Origin: Trypethelium eluteriae
Taxonomy: Eukaryota
Direction of reading: 5' to 3'
Assembly: GCA_051942245.1 (NCBI GenBank)
Contig: JAVECL010000087.1
Location: forward strand, 1-57,184
Length of the DNA: 57,184 bases
The position numbers and the translations under genes were made by a program. Positions 37,386-50,773 of this stretch are shown here, piece by piece (the first letter of the stretch is position 1; every line of letters begins with the position of its first letter). The notes below the pieces were generated by a model. The model saw only the letters and a program-made list of their open reading frames with translations, was not told the origin of the DNA and did not search any database.

Positions 37386-38488
37386 CGTTGCTGATGGAAA
37401 GGTTACCCAGATTGCAGATTGAAAGAGAAACTTGGTTGTCACTATAATATCATATCAGTACGGCATATTACTCACATACAGGAGTCTAATGGTTCTCCGT
37501 CGGCAGCCCTGCGGCTCCGTACTCCGTGCCGTAACCGCAATTAGCTAGTAATCTTTTTATCGATTCTAACCTTCAAGCCATATGTCTCGACACACAGACA
37601 AGTGATATTAGTCGATCAATTGTCTCAGAAAAGATGTTGTCCAGAGCATGTGCATTGCGAATTATACCGCTTGATATCGCATCAGTGTGCTCACCTCCTC
37701 TATACTCGTCTGGTCATGCTTTGCGCATGAAATTCTCCCTTTATTTGGACCGGTCCAATGAGAAACGTAGGACAGCCTGTGTCATATTCTAGGTTTCGGC
37801 TCCTTACTAGAGGATTTTATCTCACCCGTGGGACGAAGGGACTTTGAATGCTCCCGTCCGCAATTTCTCGCAATGTACAACCAACTGTTACCAATGGTAT
37901 AGAAGCGCCGCAATCGGGTATTATTTTCTCGGACGTGTACGGTAATTTGAGAAAATACCGCAAGCGTTCAAGTTGAAAGAAAAGGGCGGCATATAAACAG
38001 TATACAATCTGGTTGGGAAGCCACAATCGACATTGAAACAACATGATGCACGGACCGCTATCATAACACCGCTAAGGTAAGTCCTCTCTGATCCACGACA
38101 TTATGTTTTGCACGAACCATTATGCATGTGCTGGGATATGCTATGCAAGATAGAGGCTCACATCGCGCGACTAGACGCAGGAACAACACGTCATGGTGTC
38201 ATGTCAACACCTAACTTTCTAACGCTTGAATGTGGAGCGCGGGCCTTGCCGGACTAGCGTATCTCCGACAAGCTCAGTGTCATTAGGCGCCTCATTGAAC
38301 AGCGGCCTCAGAAATTTGGCGAAAAATGGTAAATGCGGACATAGCCGGATCCGCAGTACACAGCGAGTGTCATCGTGAGGAAATTATCTAGCTTGATGAG
38401 GCAATCTCTCTCTCGTAAACATGCTATAAGTTCCAGCAGTCATCCGGCTGGAGGTGATCAGGGTAGCTTCCTATCAATATCAATTAAC

Positions 38489-39466
38489 ATGTCTCATACT
38501 CCTGGAGTTGACATTACCAGTCCCCTACACAACTCTGGTATATAGCATCCCCTCAATCATCCTCTTCGCTACTGGAAGATATTCTCTAATGAGACTGAAC
38601 AATGAATTTCAGGGAGATATTTTGTACCAACAATCCGTAACGACACATATCCCTTCATCGATCCGTTAAAGTACTCCCTCAAGACAAAATCCGTCCTGAT
38701 CACAGGTGCCAACAAAGGAGTCGGGCAGGCGATTAGTATCGGGTATGCTAAAGCTGGCGCCTCCCAGATCGCTGTTGCAGCTCGATCATCTTTCTCAACC
38801 CAAGAACTCGTGATAGCAGCAACCTCGGCCGGTCATCCTGAACCACATATCTTGGCTCTCCAAGTCGATGTCACAAACCGAAAGAGCACTGAAGATGCAG
38901 CAAAGAGAGTCCAGCAGCAATTCGGAAAGCTTGATATCCTTATCAACAACGCGGGGTATCTCGGGAAATTTTTGCCAATAGTCGAAGGTGATCCAGATGA
39001 CTGGTGGACGAACTATGAAGTCAATATAAGAGGCATCTACTTAATGTCACGCGCCTTTATCCCTTTGCTTTTGGAATCGGAGTTGAAGACCGTAGTGAAT
39101 CTAACCTCGGGAGGTGCACATCTCGCTCTGAAGGGCGCCTCGGGATATCAAAGCTCCAAGTTTGCTATGTTACGTTTTTCTGAGTTTCTTGTTGCAGATT
39201 ATGGAGAGCAAGGTCTTCTCGCGTACTCTGTGCATCCGGGGGGAGTGGCCACGGATCTCGCGAGAAATATGCCGAAGGAGGCACAGTTGAGATTTCTGAT
39301 CGATCAGCCAGGATTACCAGGTGAGACTATCCCTTGGTTGACAAACAAGAAAAGAGATTGGCTTGCTGGAAGATACATAAACTGTCAGTGGGATATGGAG
39401 GAGTTTGAACGACGTAAAGGAGACATTGTGGACGGTGACTTGTTAAAAGTAAGAATGGCGGTCTGA
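38489..39466 (+). CDS. Short-chain dehydrogenase/reductase (classical SDR)
   Basis: Exon 38489-38537, intron 38538-38612, then NDTYPFIDP..ITGANKGVG, LINNAG, YQSSK catalytic motif, VHPGGVAT and WLAGRYI. The first exon is less certain. Confidence 0.88.
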
Positions 39467-39556
39467 ATTTTGGGAGACTCCATCCACCAATGTTTTAGTA
39501 TCGCTTGTAACTCGTCATAAAATACATTCGATGATTCCGATCAATGGAATCTGTTT

Positions 39557-40123
39557 TCATGCAGACGGCCCTTCTTGCTCAGCTGAAAGGGTTGCATACA
39601 TGGCCATTGCGTCCAGGTTCATTTCCCTCGTTACCGGTTTTCCTGCATCAACAACCTGGCTGAGAAGCTTGAAGTAGTTAATGTAAAAGCTTGGGGTCAT
39701 GGTACAAAAAAATCTCGATTCTCCATCGCTTGGGTTACTGAAGGTATGTGGTGCCCGAACGGGGACGGTAACGTAATCTCCCTCGTAGGCATCGATGTGT
39801 TTCTCTTCCGGATTGTTTGGGTGTTTTGGAACTGTAAACCGTACCATGCCCTTTGTAACGTAGAATGTTTCGTCGTGCATCTCATGCCAATGTGCTACAG
39901 GACCAGCCATGTGAGGTGGAATGATGCCTTCTACAGTGCTAAGCCGTTGCGCTGTTAGATTTGTAAGCCCAACCAGCTGATTCAGAAGCCATAGGAGGGT
40001 AATACATGTCCTGGACCCATCTTCTAACACTCGCATTTTTATCGGTCCAAGATGAAGTAGCTCTCCGGTTTTCGCGGGGACAAAGTTAACAGGAATATCA
40101 GCGACTGGCAAAGGAACCGACAT
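39557..40123 (-). CDS. Cupin (RmlC-like, cupin_2) protein
   Basis: EDGS..RL, metal motif HWHEMHDETFYV and APHTFSNP. A 54-nt in-frame intron at 39952-40005 (GTATTA..CTAACAG) is read through in the ORF track. Confidence 0.88.
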   Translation of the reverse strand: MSVPLPVADIPVNFVPAKTGELLHLGPIKMRVLEDGSRTCITLLWLLNQLVGLTNLTAQRLSTVEGIIPPHMAGPVAHWHEMHDETFYVTKGMVRFTVPKHPNNPEEKHIDAYEGDYVTVPVRAPHTFSNPSDGESRFFCTMTPSFYINYFKLLSQVVDAGKPVTREMNLDAMAMYATLSAEQEGPSA

Positions 40124-43100
40124 TTTGACGGAAAATGGTCAGAAACGTTATCGAATACACTACAAATGACGGATTGATCTGATGCCGATTATATATAAGA
40201 CGATTAGGTATAACAATCCGATCGCGATCGTCACAACATAATGACATCGGGAGACGGAGCGCTCGACGAGACCGATAACTCGAACAATGACACCGCCTCA
40301 TGGCGACGGGTACTTCGAACGAGGGCAGTTGAGCTATCCCGCGTAAGACCACTATTGCGAGGCTCACGAGAGCCACATTTATGCATCAACCAGGATACCA
40401 CATTCTCAGAGGATCGCCATGTGGGCCAAGAGGCATCTTATCTGCGGAGACTTACGAGTTATGTCCATACGTAGTAAGCTCCAGGAAGTTTGGACGACAA
40501 CAACACAAGAGACAGTGGGGATTTAAAGCATTGTAGTCAATGCCGACCGCCGGTTCGTACCGAGACCTACTTAAACGAAAAGAACGAAGCTTTAGGGGCA
40601 TTAGGGGCATTAAGAAAAAGGCCCTTTGCCAAAGGGCGAAACATCATTAGAATCAGATCATTTGCACGCAAGTGGGTTGAAAATTATCCTCCACTGGCGG
40701 CTCCAGTATTTTCGGGTCGGAAGTTACAACAACACCCGAAGCTAGTCAACATTAGAGTAAGGATCTCATCCAAAAGCTTGGTATCCTCGAGGATTCACTC
40801 CATGCACCCCTGTATCCCTATGCCTCGGTTCGGGCTCCGAAGGAGTTGCTAGGATTATCGAATCTCGACCATGACCCTTGCTAGGCTTCATTGAATCTTA
40901 CTGTCATCTTTATCCCTGGGTGCCTGGCTGGATCGACCCGACTGCGTAGGGGTAGGGTGGCACCGTGGCGAGAGTAGCACGGCTGGATAAGATCGTCACA
41001 AATCATCACGTCCTCCGGTGAAGAATGAGGTAAGACCCGCGGGATCGGTTCGTCTGAAGGATCTGCAGACTATCCACTGTACTGCAGCACAACATCGATA
41101 CTCTGCAGTAGGTACGTCAGAGCTTTGGGTTGTAGGTTCGTGAGATGAAGTAAGTCATTTGCTTGCTCTCATTTCTCTAGGGCTTATGTCACCTCTCGGT
41201 ACACGCTATCGAGCTTTTGGCGAGGCTACACACAGCATTTAAAACAGCTGGTGAAAGTAATCTAGAGACCTATCAAAACCTGTTCTTATTCAAGAAAATT
41301 GAAGGAACAAATTAAAGACGCGACTATCGTTCCACATTCACATGTCCCATTGTGAAGGATTGATGCCACCTGTGTCTTCTCAAGGGATGCACCGCAGGTG
41401 AACTAGAAGAGATACCAACCACGTACTTATGCAAGCCACTTAACTATCCGCGCTGTCGGACATAATCTCCATAATACCTATGCCATGACTCGCAGGTGAT
41501 AGAAAACCGCGAGTTCTTTCCAAAGGACACCCAAGGATTTCTCTAGTATGGCGCCTGTGCACTCTTTCACTAGAGCCAAGTTGCATAACAAGCATCTAAT
41601 TTAATGTCGATCTATCGATTTACGGATAGGCCATAGATTCTAGTCCATTAATTTGGGAATTTACTATTTGAGCCCCACGGACGAGAAGGTGACGAGCCAC
41701 CCTTTGAACGGTTACCTACCTATTTATCCCTTCATCTGGCTGTTTCTTACCTAATACTCTCGTGGACAATAAGTGCATTACCTGAAATTAGTCACAGTCC
41801 AGCGTCTGTTCACCCCTGTATGAGTTTTGTCTATGCTCCAAAGTCATGGTCAGATTCTACTTATCGTAGCGCATTGTATTACAAGGTCCTCGCGTATGTT
41901 CTCTCAGAAGTGAGGTCGGGAGCCCTCTGCGACTGCTTGAGACCTGAAAAATGCAAGAAGGCGCCTCGTAACTTACGCTTCGTCACATCATCTAGCCCTA
42001 CTACCAGTCCCATGATGAATTATAATGTATTCGGATGAACTGATTAGCATTCCAGACTGTAGGTCATGCTACCAAGCCAGGAGAACGTAGTACTGATCGC
42101 CAATCCCACCCTCCAAGAGAAGCATGGACAATGTTTCTTTGTCTCAAGGTCAACGTCATTACACTCTGAGCTCTCCATTTTTGATGAAGTTTTGGGCGAC
42201 GGATAACGGACGACGAACTCTGAGTTAATAATATGTAAGCACAGTCTCTTCAGGCTACCGAGATCTTCTACCGAACATCCCACTATCCAAGTCAGGGCAT
42301 GCATGATGCTCTTGATCATACCGTCCTTCATCTTGTAGTCTTAGCTTATTCGGCTTTCTAAGCCCGTGCAATATGATCAATCCGTCTAAAAAACTGGCCT
42401 TGATTACGACACGTTCACTGTACCTAAGGAATCTGGCATGGAACCGGGCGGACCATTGACAGACCGTGTCCAGACCTGTCTCAAGCGCGGAGTTGGACCA
42501 GTCGTCATAGAAGGATACTATGTCCCGCTGATACTTTTCGGTGCTTTGGTCGTTCGTTCGCATTTCATTGCTCGTCTCCAGGTTGGCAACAGCTGGACAA
42601 CAGCAATCGTGTTCCTTAGCTTGATCTTGATCCGGATACTCAAATTTTCAGGGTTGACCTGAGGTCCGCGACTCCAAACATCTGCGCCTCCGTTATTGAC
42701 CTCCATCCTAGGCCTTTGGTGACTGCATTGACCGTTGTCAATCGTCTCTTTGTATTCTAAGGGATGACAGCTCCTCTTTTCATCCCGGCCTGTACAAACT
42801 GTTGAAGCGCGGATGCAGTAACAGTATGCTGGGCTTCGTTGCTTAATTGAATCTCATAGGACCAGGAACTCCTATGGCGGACAACAGCCCATTTGTTGAG
42901 TTGACCGCAATGCGTTGTTAGAGAGCTTGAATGATTATGTCAGAATGCACACTTTTTGGCATGTGCCATGCGATTAAGGTTGTCCTGTTTCGTACAACTC
43001 CTGAAAGATGGCCGAGTTGAACACTGGGAGTCCTCCGTTTAAGGTCACGTGTATCTAGACGCAATCCCTGCTACGCCCTCGCATCTGTACACTACACCAA

Positions 43101-43632
43101 CCCTGGAAATGTTGCCCTGGAATGGCGCGACGGTTTGACTTGTCATCGCATCGAGCTCGACTTGCAGCTTCGTCGCCGTTTTCTCCATGGTACTCAGCGA
43201 AAGCGTCTCTATCCGTTGTCAGATCTGCTTTTCTGCCAACCCAGTTTCCAGACCGGGATGTGTTTAGGAGCTAGACCTTGTATCGCAAACCCCCTCAGAC
43301 CCATACCATCATCCACCTGAGCTCTTGAAAACGCCTTTCGCAAGCTTCAGAAGGCCCGAAAATTCTGAACACGTTCCATGCGATCGACCGAGCGTGTGGA
43401 GAGGCCTCCGTGGATCTGAACTCCTCGGATGGACCTGGAATGTATCCCGTCGTCGGCTTCAACCTGATTCACAAAACTGTCCGACAAAACGTTGCGATCT
43501 GGTATTTTCCGTCTCCAAGGGGCTCGGCGACCAGCCCCTGGCGTTGCTCCAGGAGTTATACAGCTTCTGAAGCTGGGAAAGGAGTTTGAGAGGCTTTGCG
43601 CTCAAAGAAGTCAACCCCGTGTATCATCATCG

Positions 43633-46334
43633 ATGGATCTCAGATCAGTCCTCAACGAGGATGCGTCGAACGCTCGACGAACAACCAAAGCCCCTCCGCA
43701 AACATCGCCAATCCCTCAGTCGCCTGCTCATGGATATTTTCCACCTCACCATCCATCTCAGGTCGTTCCGCCTGCTCAACCATTACACACTGGGCCGTCC
43801 ACTTTACATTCTCAGCAACCTCTTCAACACGATATCCGTCCACATAGCTCCTCTGGCCCTCCAGGATCTCACCTACAATACTCTCCAGGACACACTCCTT
43901 CTCGATCACTTGCTGCCAATCAATTCCCGTTCTCTCAACCACACCCACAAAGCCCAGCGCATGCTCATGTCTCGTACGGATCGCGCGACAGCTTCTCAAG
44001 CATTCCTGTCCCTGGTGGACGCGCTCTTAACCATCACCAAAGTCCGGTGCTACAATCTCCCGTAGGACTTCCGTTGACCGTAAACAGCGCGCCATCTCAG
44101 TCCCTGCAGCATTCAATATCGCGACCCTCTCCGACCCCCACTCCCAATTCCCTCCGCGATCCGACTCCTTACTCAGTGCGAGAAAGCCCCATATCATCTC
44201 ATTCATCCTCACATGCATATCAACATCATCCATCGCAACCAAACACACCTCTTGGCCCTCCACCACCACTTTATCAGCGGTCATCAACACACGGATTTCG
44301 CGAGCCCATCAGTCCTCACTCGATCCATCAACGTACACATTCTGGAGCATCGTACGCAGGCACAAGTATGCATTCTGCTTCTCCTCCATCGAGATCAGTT
44401 GCAGGCCCGATGACGGAGTCCCCTCAAGCGTCTGTACAGCAATCTTCTGAGAGAGGCAGCCCAAGGCACATGGAACAATTTGAAAGAGAGAGGAGCATAA
44501 GTGTGAGCCCAAAAACAAGAGTACCCAGTCAGTCGCAAATGATGGATGAAAGACGAAGTGGCAGCCATGACCAATTAGGACATCATATTCGGCAGTCACA
44601 GTATGACCATTACAACGATAAGAGGGGACTTTCAGCCGGCGGAATATCACAAACGCCACTTGCGACGGGTGTCAGTGTGAGGTCACAAACAGATAGCGGC
44701 GCGGGTGCTCGTTCTGCACAAACGCCATTGTCGCACCTCAACGCGCCCATCAATGGCGAGGGAGGCTTTTTGTCTGATTCTATACAGCACGATTACCAGA
44801 AACCAATTCAGCTTGACAGTGCGCACAGTAATCAGCTTCCTTCGACAACCAACTCATTTGGTTCTCAACCAGCAGAAATGGGAACTGAGAAATATGAGCT
44901 GTCCACAGGGTCTATTGCCCCGCGTCTGAATTCTGATAGCGAACATACAATGACCTATTCGTCTGTCACCCCAACAGAGCCGATGCATATCAGAGATCCG
45001 AATGGAAACCAAGCTCAATCGGAGATTCAACAAGCAGAGTCAGCTCCAGCTTTACATGAGCCTGCACACGGATCTGAAAGCCAATTCCAGGCCGGCATCA
45101 AAAGTGAACCCAATCCCGCCGCAAACTTCCTCCAGCCTTCTCACAAACGTACAAGATACAATGAACCGCCAATTTGGGCCCGAAGATCTCACATCACCGC
45201 CCACATTAGGGGACAACGTTCAGCGCAGGGTCCAAAACAAGAGCGTAGCAACACTCGTCTACAGTCACGGTCGGTGACACCTATGGTGGCGAAAAGTCCG
45301 GCAAATGGGGAGATCAATGGGGTCAGACCACAAGCCGCCGGGCTAGACTTCGAGGAAACCAACGACGGACCATTGGGTTACTGGGAACGGAGCATTACTA
45401 GCGTAGAGCCATATAATGATCTGACTCGCATAGTCACGGATTTCATCTACTCTGAACTCGGACAGTGGCCGGAAACTGCCGTGTCTGATGTCGGTGGAAA
45501 TGTCTCTCCGAACGGACAGATTGAGATTGAGGCCAAGTTAGGGACGCTTGTGGACAAAGGAAGCAACGAACGTATTCGTCTTCCAGTTGTTTCAGCAGTA
45601 ATATTGGATCTTGAGGCTCGCAAACAGATTGCATTCGAAAGCTTTATGACTGAAGTAAGCTCTATCTCGGGTTGCTGAGACCATTAACTGACTTTTTCCT
45701 ATAGCACCAGCACAAGGCTCTTAATGACTTCCTCAATGCGGAAGTCCAAAAGTCCCATGCTCGACCGTCACCAGGTCAACGACCCCGTGTCAAGATACAC
45801 TATGAGCATAAGCGCGAGCGCGACTCATTCCATGAACTCACACAAGCTGGGTTCCATACACTTCCTGCGCCCGCACGTCATATCATCGAATCGCAAGGCT
45901 TACTCAAACGTACCAAAGTGCGGATTACAAAGGATCAGAAGAGCGGAAGAGAAAGCGCACGTATTGTCAAATGCCGTCTCGTGGACCTTGACATTTACTG
46001 TCCCAGGGAAGCCTTTGACGTTCGGATAAGCATCAATCTTGAAATTGCCTATCAGGGAGAAATCGAAGAAAGTACTAAAGTAAAATTTCCAGATCGAGTA
46101 AAGGATAGGCTGAGTTATTTACATCAAGCGTACCAAGTCGATCTTACACAGGTCACAGACGGCGGTGGTAGCGGCGGAAAGACACATGAGTTGGAGGTGG
46201 AGATCAGTAGCGCGGAGGTCCGGAGACAAATGAAGCTCTTGCAGGAGGGCAAGGAGAATGAGTTGGAGCGACTCATCAAGGTCTTTTTAGACAACGTGAA
46301 GGTTCTCTCGAGGGCAGTCCCACCCGTGGGTTAG
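43633..46334 (+). CDS. CET1: mRNA-capping enzyme beta subunit (RNA 5'-triphosphatase)
   Basis: Start MDLRSVLN, long S/P/H-rich N-terminus, PPIWAR, WERSIT, motif A EIEAKLG, FESFMTE, RITKD, RISINLE, RxKDRLSY, DLTQV and motif C HELEVE. Intron 45655-45704. Confidence 0.93.
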
Positions 46335-46763
46335 GTTTCTATGACTGGCATTTGGAAATCGGCTCATCACGGCGTGCGTGGGTTTGGAACGGGTAGACTT
46401 TCTTCAGCGGATTGAGGACTCTATCTTTTCCCTCGTCGAATACCCCTGTCTTCTGTGCACATCCTCATCTGTTTGCGCATCCACAACTTTTCCAATGTCT
46501 GTCGAGACAGTGTTTGAAAATTTGAAATTTACTGCTCTTATGTGGACAAAGAGACATCTCTGAGACAGTCTCTCAGTGAAGAGCTATTTCAATTCGATCG
46601 TCGTCTAACTCTTTCCATCCTATCGTAGCATGAGTGGAATGAGTGCCCGGCGACTCGAGATGCCTATGGCTAGTCAGAGTAGCCCAGTGTCTTTGAGGTG
46701 ATCCCTTCCTGATCTTCTTGTCGCAATCCACTGTCCAAGAAGGCTAGTGCCAGGTCAAAGAAA

Positions 46764-47474
46764 TTATTCTCGCTTCCAAAGGTTGCTGGTCACGCCGTTC
46801 GTCTCTAGCAAACTCTTTTCAGGCGCCTCGGCACTCAATAAGAGCTTCATTTCAGGATCTGACTTTTCCATTGCCCTTTTGTAGGCATCCCTGTTCGAAC
46901 AGTCTCCCAGCCAACGCAAGATATTCTTATAATCTCCAAGTCCAACTGGTGTGTAATAACGCTGTGTGGTTAGACTGTAAACGCTCATGATTTCGGCTGC
47001 GGTGAATTCCTCGCCCGCAAGCCACTTGTTGTCCTTAAACTTGTCATCAATATTCCGCATAGACATATCGAATCGGCTCTTCATGATCTGCATGGTAGGT
47101 GACTCCTTGTCTTCCACAAATCTCGTGTACATGGCTTGAACCATTGCTGGTTGCAGGTTGCTATTCTCATGGTGAAACCAGTACAAGTAATCGGCGTAAT
47201 GCTTGTCGCCCGGCTTTGCCGCCAATCTACCGTCAGCATATTGGTGAATCACATAGTCGCAGATGGCGGCGCTCTCGCTGAGAGTGATATTTGCATCCGA
47301 ATCTTCAATAAAGGGTGCTTTGCCGGTATCATTTCCGGGGAGATCCTTGAGAGAAGCTGGTCTGAGTAGAGGATCTCATGTGTGTTTCACGAACTTGTAA
47401 GGAATGCCGAGCTCCTCGAAGAGCCATGTTATGCGTTCCGATTGAGAGACGCCGAGGTAGTGTACCGTGATCAT
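46764..47474 (-). pseudogene. Glutathione S-transferase with a single in-frame TGA at codon 33
   Basis: MITVHYLGVSQSERITWLFEELGIPYKFVKHT*DPLL..GKAPFIED..LSESAAICDY continues in the same frame to 46764 (WLAGEEFTAAEIM). The stop is at 47376-47378. Confidence 0.85.
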
Positions 47475-48045
47475 TGTAGAAGGACGAGCAGCAGTCTTTT
47501 TACCGTCAATTAGAGTAGCACATAGAAGCTATCAGTCAGAATGACGCGTTCTCAGGTTTCACCTCTACCTAGTCACCTAACAGAGGATGGCGTTAAGTTG
47601 CTGGAGGTGAAGCTCCGAAGATGTGACGTCAAAAGGTAAACATTACGCGGTTAGGTACTCTAGTCGTCCAGTCTAGAGTACCAGTAGGGACCCAGCTTGC
47701 AGGCTGATCCTTGCAGTTTGACCGTAACAGTTCGATTACCATCTTCGACAGCCTTATGCAGACCGTAATTCAGAGTACCTACCTAAGGTAGTGTATTGTG
47801 TGTTCGCGGTGAAGCGACAAGAATCCAACACAGACTCGCCTCGCTCAAGGACAATCACAGTGTGGAAACAGATCTTATCTGATTATCTCCAACCACTTTC
47901 GTGATTGGTCTGACACACCTCATCCTTCCCTAATATTGCAAGTTCGTCCTCACTACTTAATTCGCACGCATAACCTCTGATCTCTTTTAGAATAGGAAAT
48001 CAGCTGTTTGTTTGCTTTTGCAGTCACTCCCAGAGCTTCTCAGTC

Positions 48046-50773
48046 ATGACAGGGCATCTTGCTGTCGTGGCAACAAGCCAGCTCAATCAATGGGCATTAG
48101 ATTATATAGGTAATCTAGAGCGGATCAAAGATGCCATTCATCAAGCTCGTGCAAAAGGTGCAAGCATACTGCTAACTCCAGAACTCTCCATCTCTGGCTA
48201 CGGTCTTCTGGATCATTTTCTCGAGCTTGATACTGTTATGCATTGCTGGGAAATTGTAGCAGAAATTCTTCGAGACAAAGATCTTTATGGAATTGTCATT
48301 GATGTTGGTCTGCCCGTTATACATCGTGGCGTGCTTCTCAATTGCAGATGTATCATAGTCGACGGTGATATTAAATTGATCAGACCCAAAATGACGCTGG
48401 CTTCTGAGGGTCAGTTTCGCGAGAACCGGTATTTTGCAGCTTGGCCGCGCCGTCATACCGAGGAGTTCACCGTTCCGGAAGAAATTTTCGATATCATTGG
48501 CAAAAGGAACGTCTGTATTGGTGATGCAATCATGATCTTCAACGACATGATCTTGGGGTGGGAAAGCTGTGAAGAACTCTTCCAGGAAAGAGTACCTCAT
48601 TCTGATCTATACCTGATCGAATCGGTAGATCTCGTGAGTCTACAAAGCCAATGCTTGTTTCGTCCCGTAATCACTGACTTCTGAAGGTTCTCAATAGCTC
48701 CGGCTCTCACTGGGAGATAAGGTAAAACCCATTGTCTCCCTTCCCACGCAAATCTCGCTGACGGCACTTTCTTTACAAGGAAATTAGACCGTAATACGCC
48801 TTCATTTGATGGTACCGTTTCTTCAGCGAACTAACATTTTCAGGACGGATCGACTTAATCCGCTCTGCTACCGTCCGCGGAGGTGCGTATGCATACAGTA
48901 ATCAGATTGTACGTCAGGCCCATTCTCTGATTCAAATTTCGGATTCTGTTGACCAACAAAAGGGCTGTGACGGTGATCGTCTGTTATACGATGGTTGCGG
49001 AATGATCGCAATGAATGGCGGCGTGCTAGGAATTCTGCCTCAATTCGAATTGGGTGAAGCGTCTGTAATCACTGCAACAATCGATTTGAACAAAGTCCGG
49101 GCCGCACGTATATCACCTACAAGAGGTTTCCAGGTCATGGCAGAAGAAGAGAGATATATGAGGATCAATGTCGACTTTTCTTTAGCCCTCCCTAGTGGAT
49201 CCCACTCACGGTTACGTCCTTCCGAGCCGATCAAAGTCCATTACCATACACCACAGGAAGAGATTGCTCTCGGCCCAGCGGTATGGCTATATGACTACCT
49301 CAGGCGAAGCAGACAGTCGGGGTTTTTCCTACCTTTATCGGGGGGTATCGATAGCTGCTCTACAGCTGTGATATGCTTCTCAATGGCTCGACTCGTGGTG
49401 GAGGCGATCAAAAAAGGTAATCGGCGGGTGATCTCAGATTTGCGAGGCATTTGTGGGGAGCCCGAGGGATCGAAATGGATTCCGACCACACCCCAGGAAG
49501 TTTGTAGTCGGATATTCGTCACTGCATACATGGGAATGGAGAAACAATCAAGTCAAGAGACGCGCCATAGAGCCGCAACCTTAGCCCATGCTATAGGATC
49601 ATTGCACCAGGACTTCGACATGGATAGAGTGGTCGATGCAGCTACAGAAACCTTCACCAAAACCACCGGTCTCAAATTAGAGTTCTCTGGTGCTACTGCA
49701 TCGAATCTTGCACTGCAAAATCTGCAGGCGCGACTGCGAATGGTCCATGCATATTTATATGCATCGACTATGAGGACGGTGCAGGGGAAAGAAGGAAGCC
49801 TGCTTGTTCTCACCTCATCAAACGTCGACGAGTGTCTAAGAGGATATTATACGAAGTAAGTTCCTGCTCTCATGTAGTCAAAGAGGACTTAGTGGGATGT
49901 ATGCTAAATGTCAATTTCATAGGTACGACGCTTCATCTGGAGATGTAAGTCGAGCCCGTAATAGCTTTGAAGCGCGTCTATTGACATTATGATAGTTGAA
50001 TCCAATCGGCGCAATCAGTTAGATCTCCCAAATCTTAGAATGCAACAAAGCTTGTAACTTACTGACGGCAATAGGCAAAACGGATCTCCGTGGATTTATT
50101 GGGTGGGCGGAATACGCGTTTGAGCTTCCATGTCTACGAGGTTTCTTGGATGCCGTCCCAACTGCGGAGCTTACCCCGTTGGAATCCAAGCAGACAGACG
50201 AGGAGGAGATGAAGATGACATATGCAGAGCTTAGCGTTTTCGGCAGGCTAAGAAAGGTAGACCGTCAAGGACCGTATTCCATGTTTCAGACACTTCTGCA
50301 CACTTGGAACCATCTGACACCGAGTGAAATTGCGGTCAAAGGCAAGTTTAGATCTCGGAAGCTCTCAGCCTGCCCGGTACTTTGATACATCTCTTCCTTC
50401 ATCTGGACTGACTTGAATCATAGTGCAGCGCTTCTTTTACTACTTTGGAATCAACCGTCATAAGATGACGACCTTGACGCCAGCTGTCCATTGTGAAGTC
50501 TAGTAAGTCCAGCTGGTATATTATGGAGTACAAAATTTGACCAGTCCGAATAGCAACCCTGATGGTGTGTCATGTTGCTTCCATGAGTATTCTTTCAATG
50601 CACTCGAGACAGAACAATCTCTTGCTCAAGACAGACGCTAAAGTGCTGCAGATAATCGATACGACATGAGACCGTTCCTCCTCCCGCAATTTAAGCTGGC
50701 CTATCGGAAAATCGACCGGGAGATCGAGATGATGAAAGCAATGGAAGAAGGACGCGAAGTGAACAGTGATTGA
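48046..50773 (+). CDS. QNS1: Glutamine-dependent NAD(+) synthetase (CN-hydrolase plus NAD synthase domains)
   Basis: Eleven exons: 48046-48633, 48687-48721, 48780-48790, 48844-48908, 48963-49855, 49923-49944, 49996-50017, 50075-50341, 50424-50502, 50554-50564 and 50652-50773. Motifs LNQWALD, PEL, RPK, SCEEL, GCDGDRL, LSGGIDS, QNLQARLR, GYYTKYDASS, PTAEL, NRHK and PDDNRYD. Confidence 0.92.

Noticed and set aside
40592..40612. TTAGGGGCA x2, telomere-like
   Set aside because: Only two imperfect internal units; compatible with chance.
43492..43632. N-terminal extension of the CET1 ORF from a TTG start
   Set aside because: The ORF track uses non-ATG starts; ATG 43633 (MDLRSVLN) fits the fungal Cet1 N-terminus.
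47376..47378. Selenocysteine reading of the GST TGA
   Set aside because: Ascomycetes are not known to have Sec machinery, and the position is not a catalytic Cys/Ser site.
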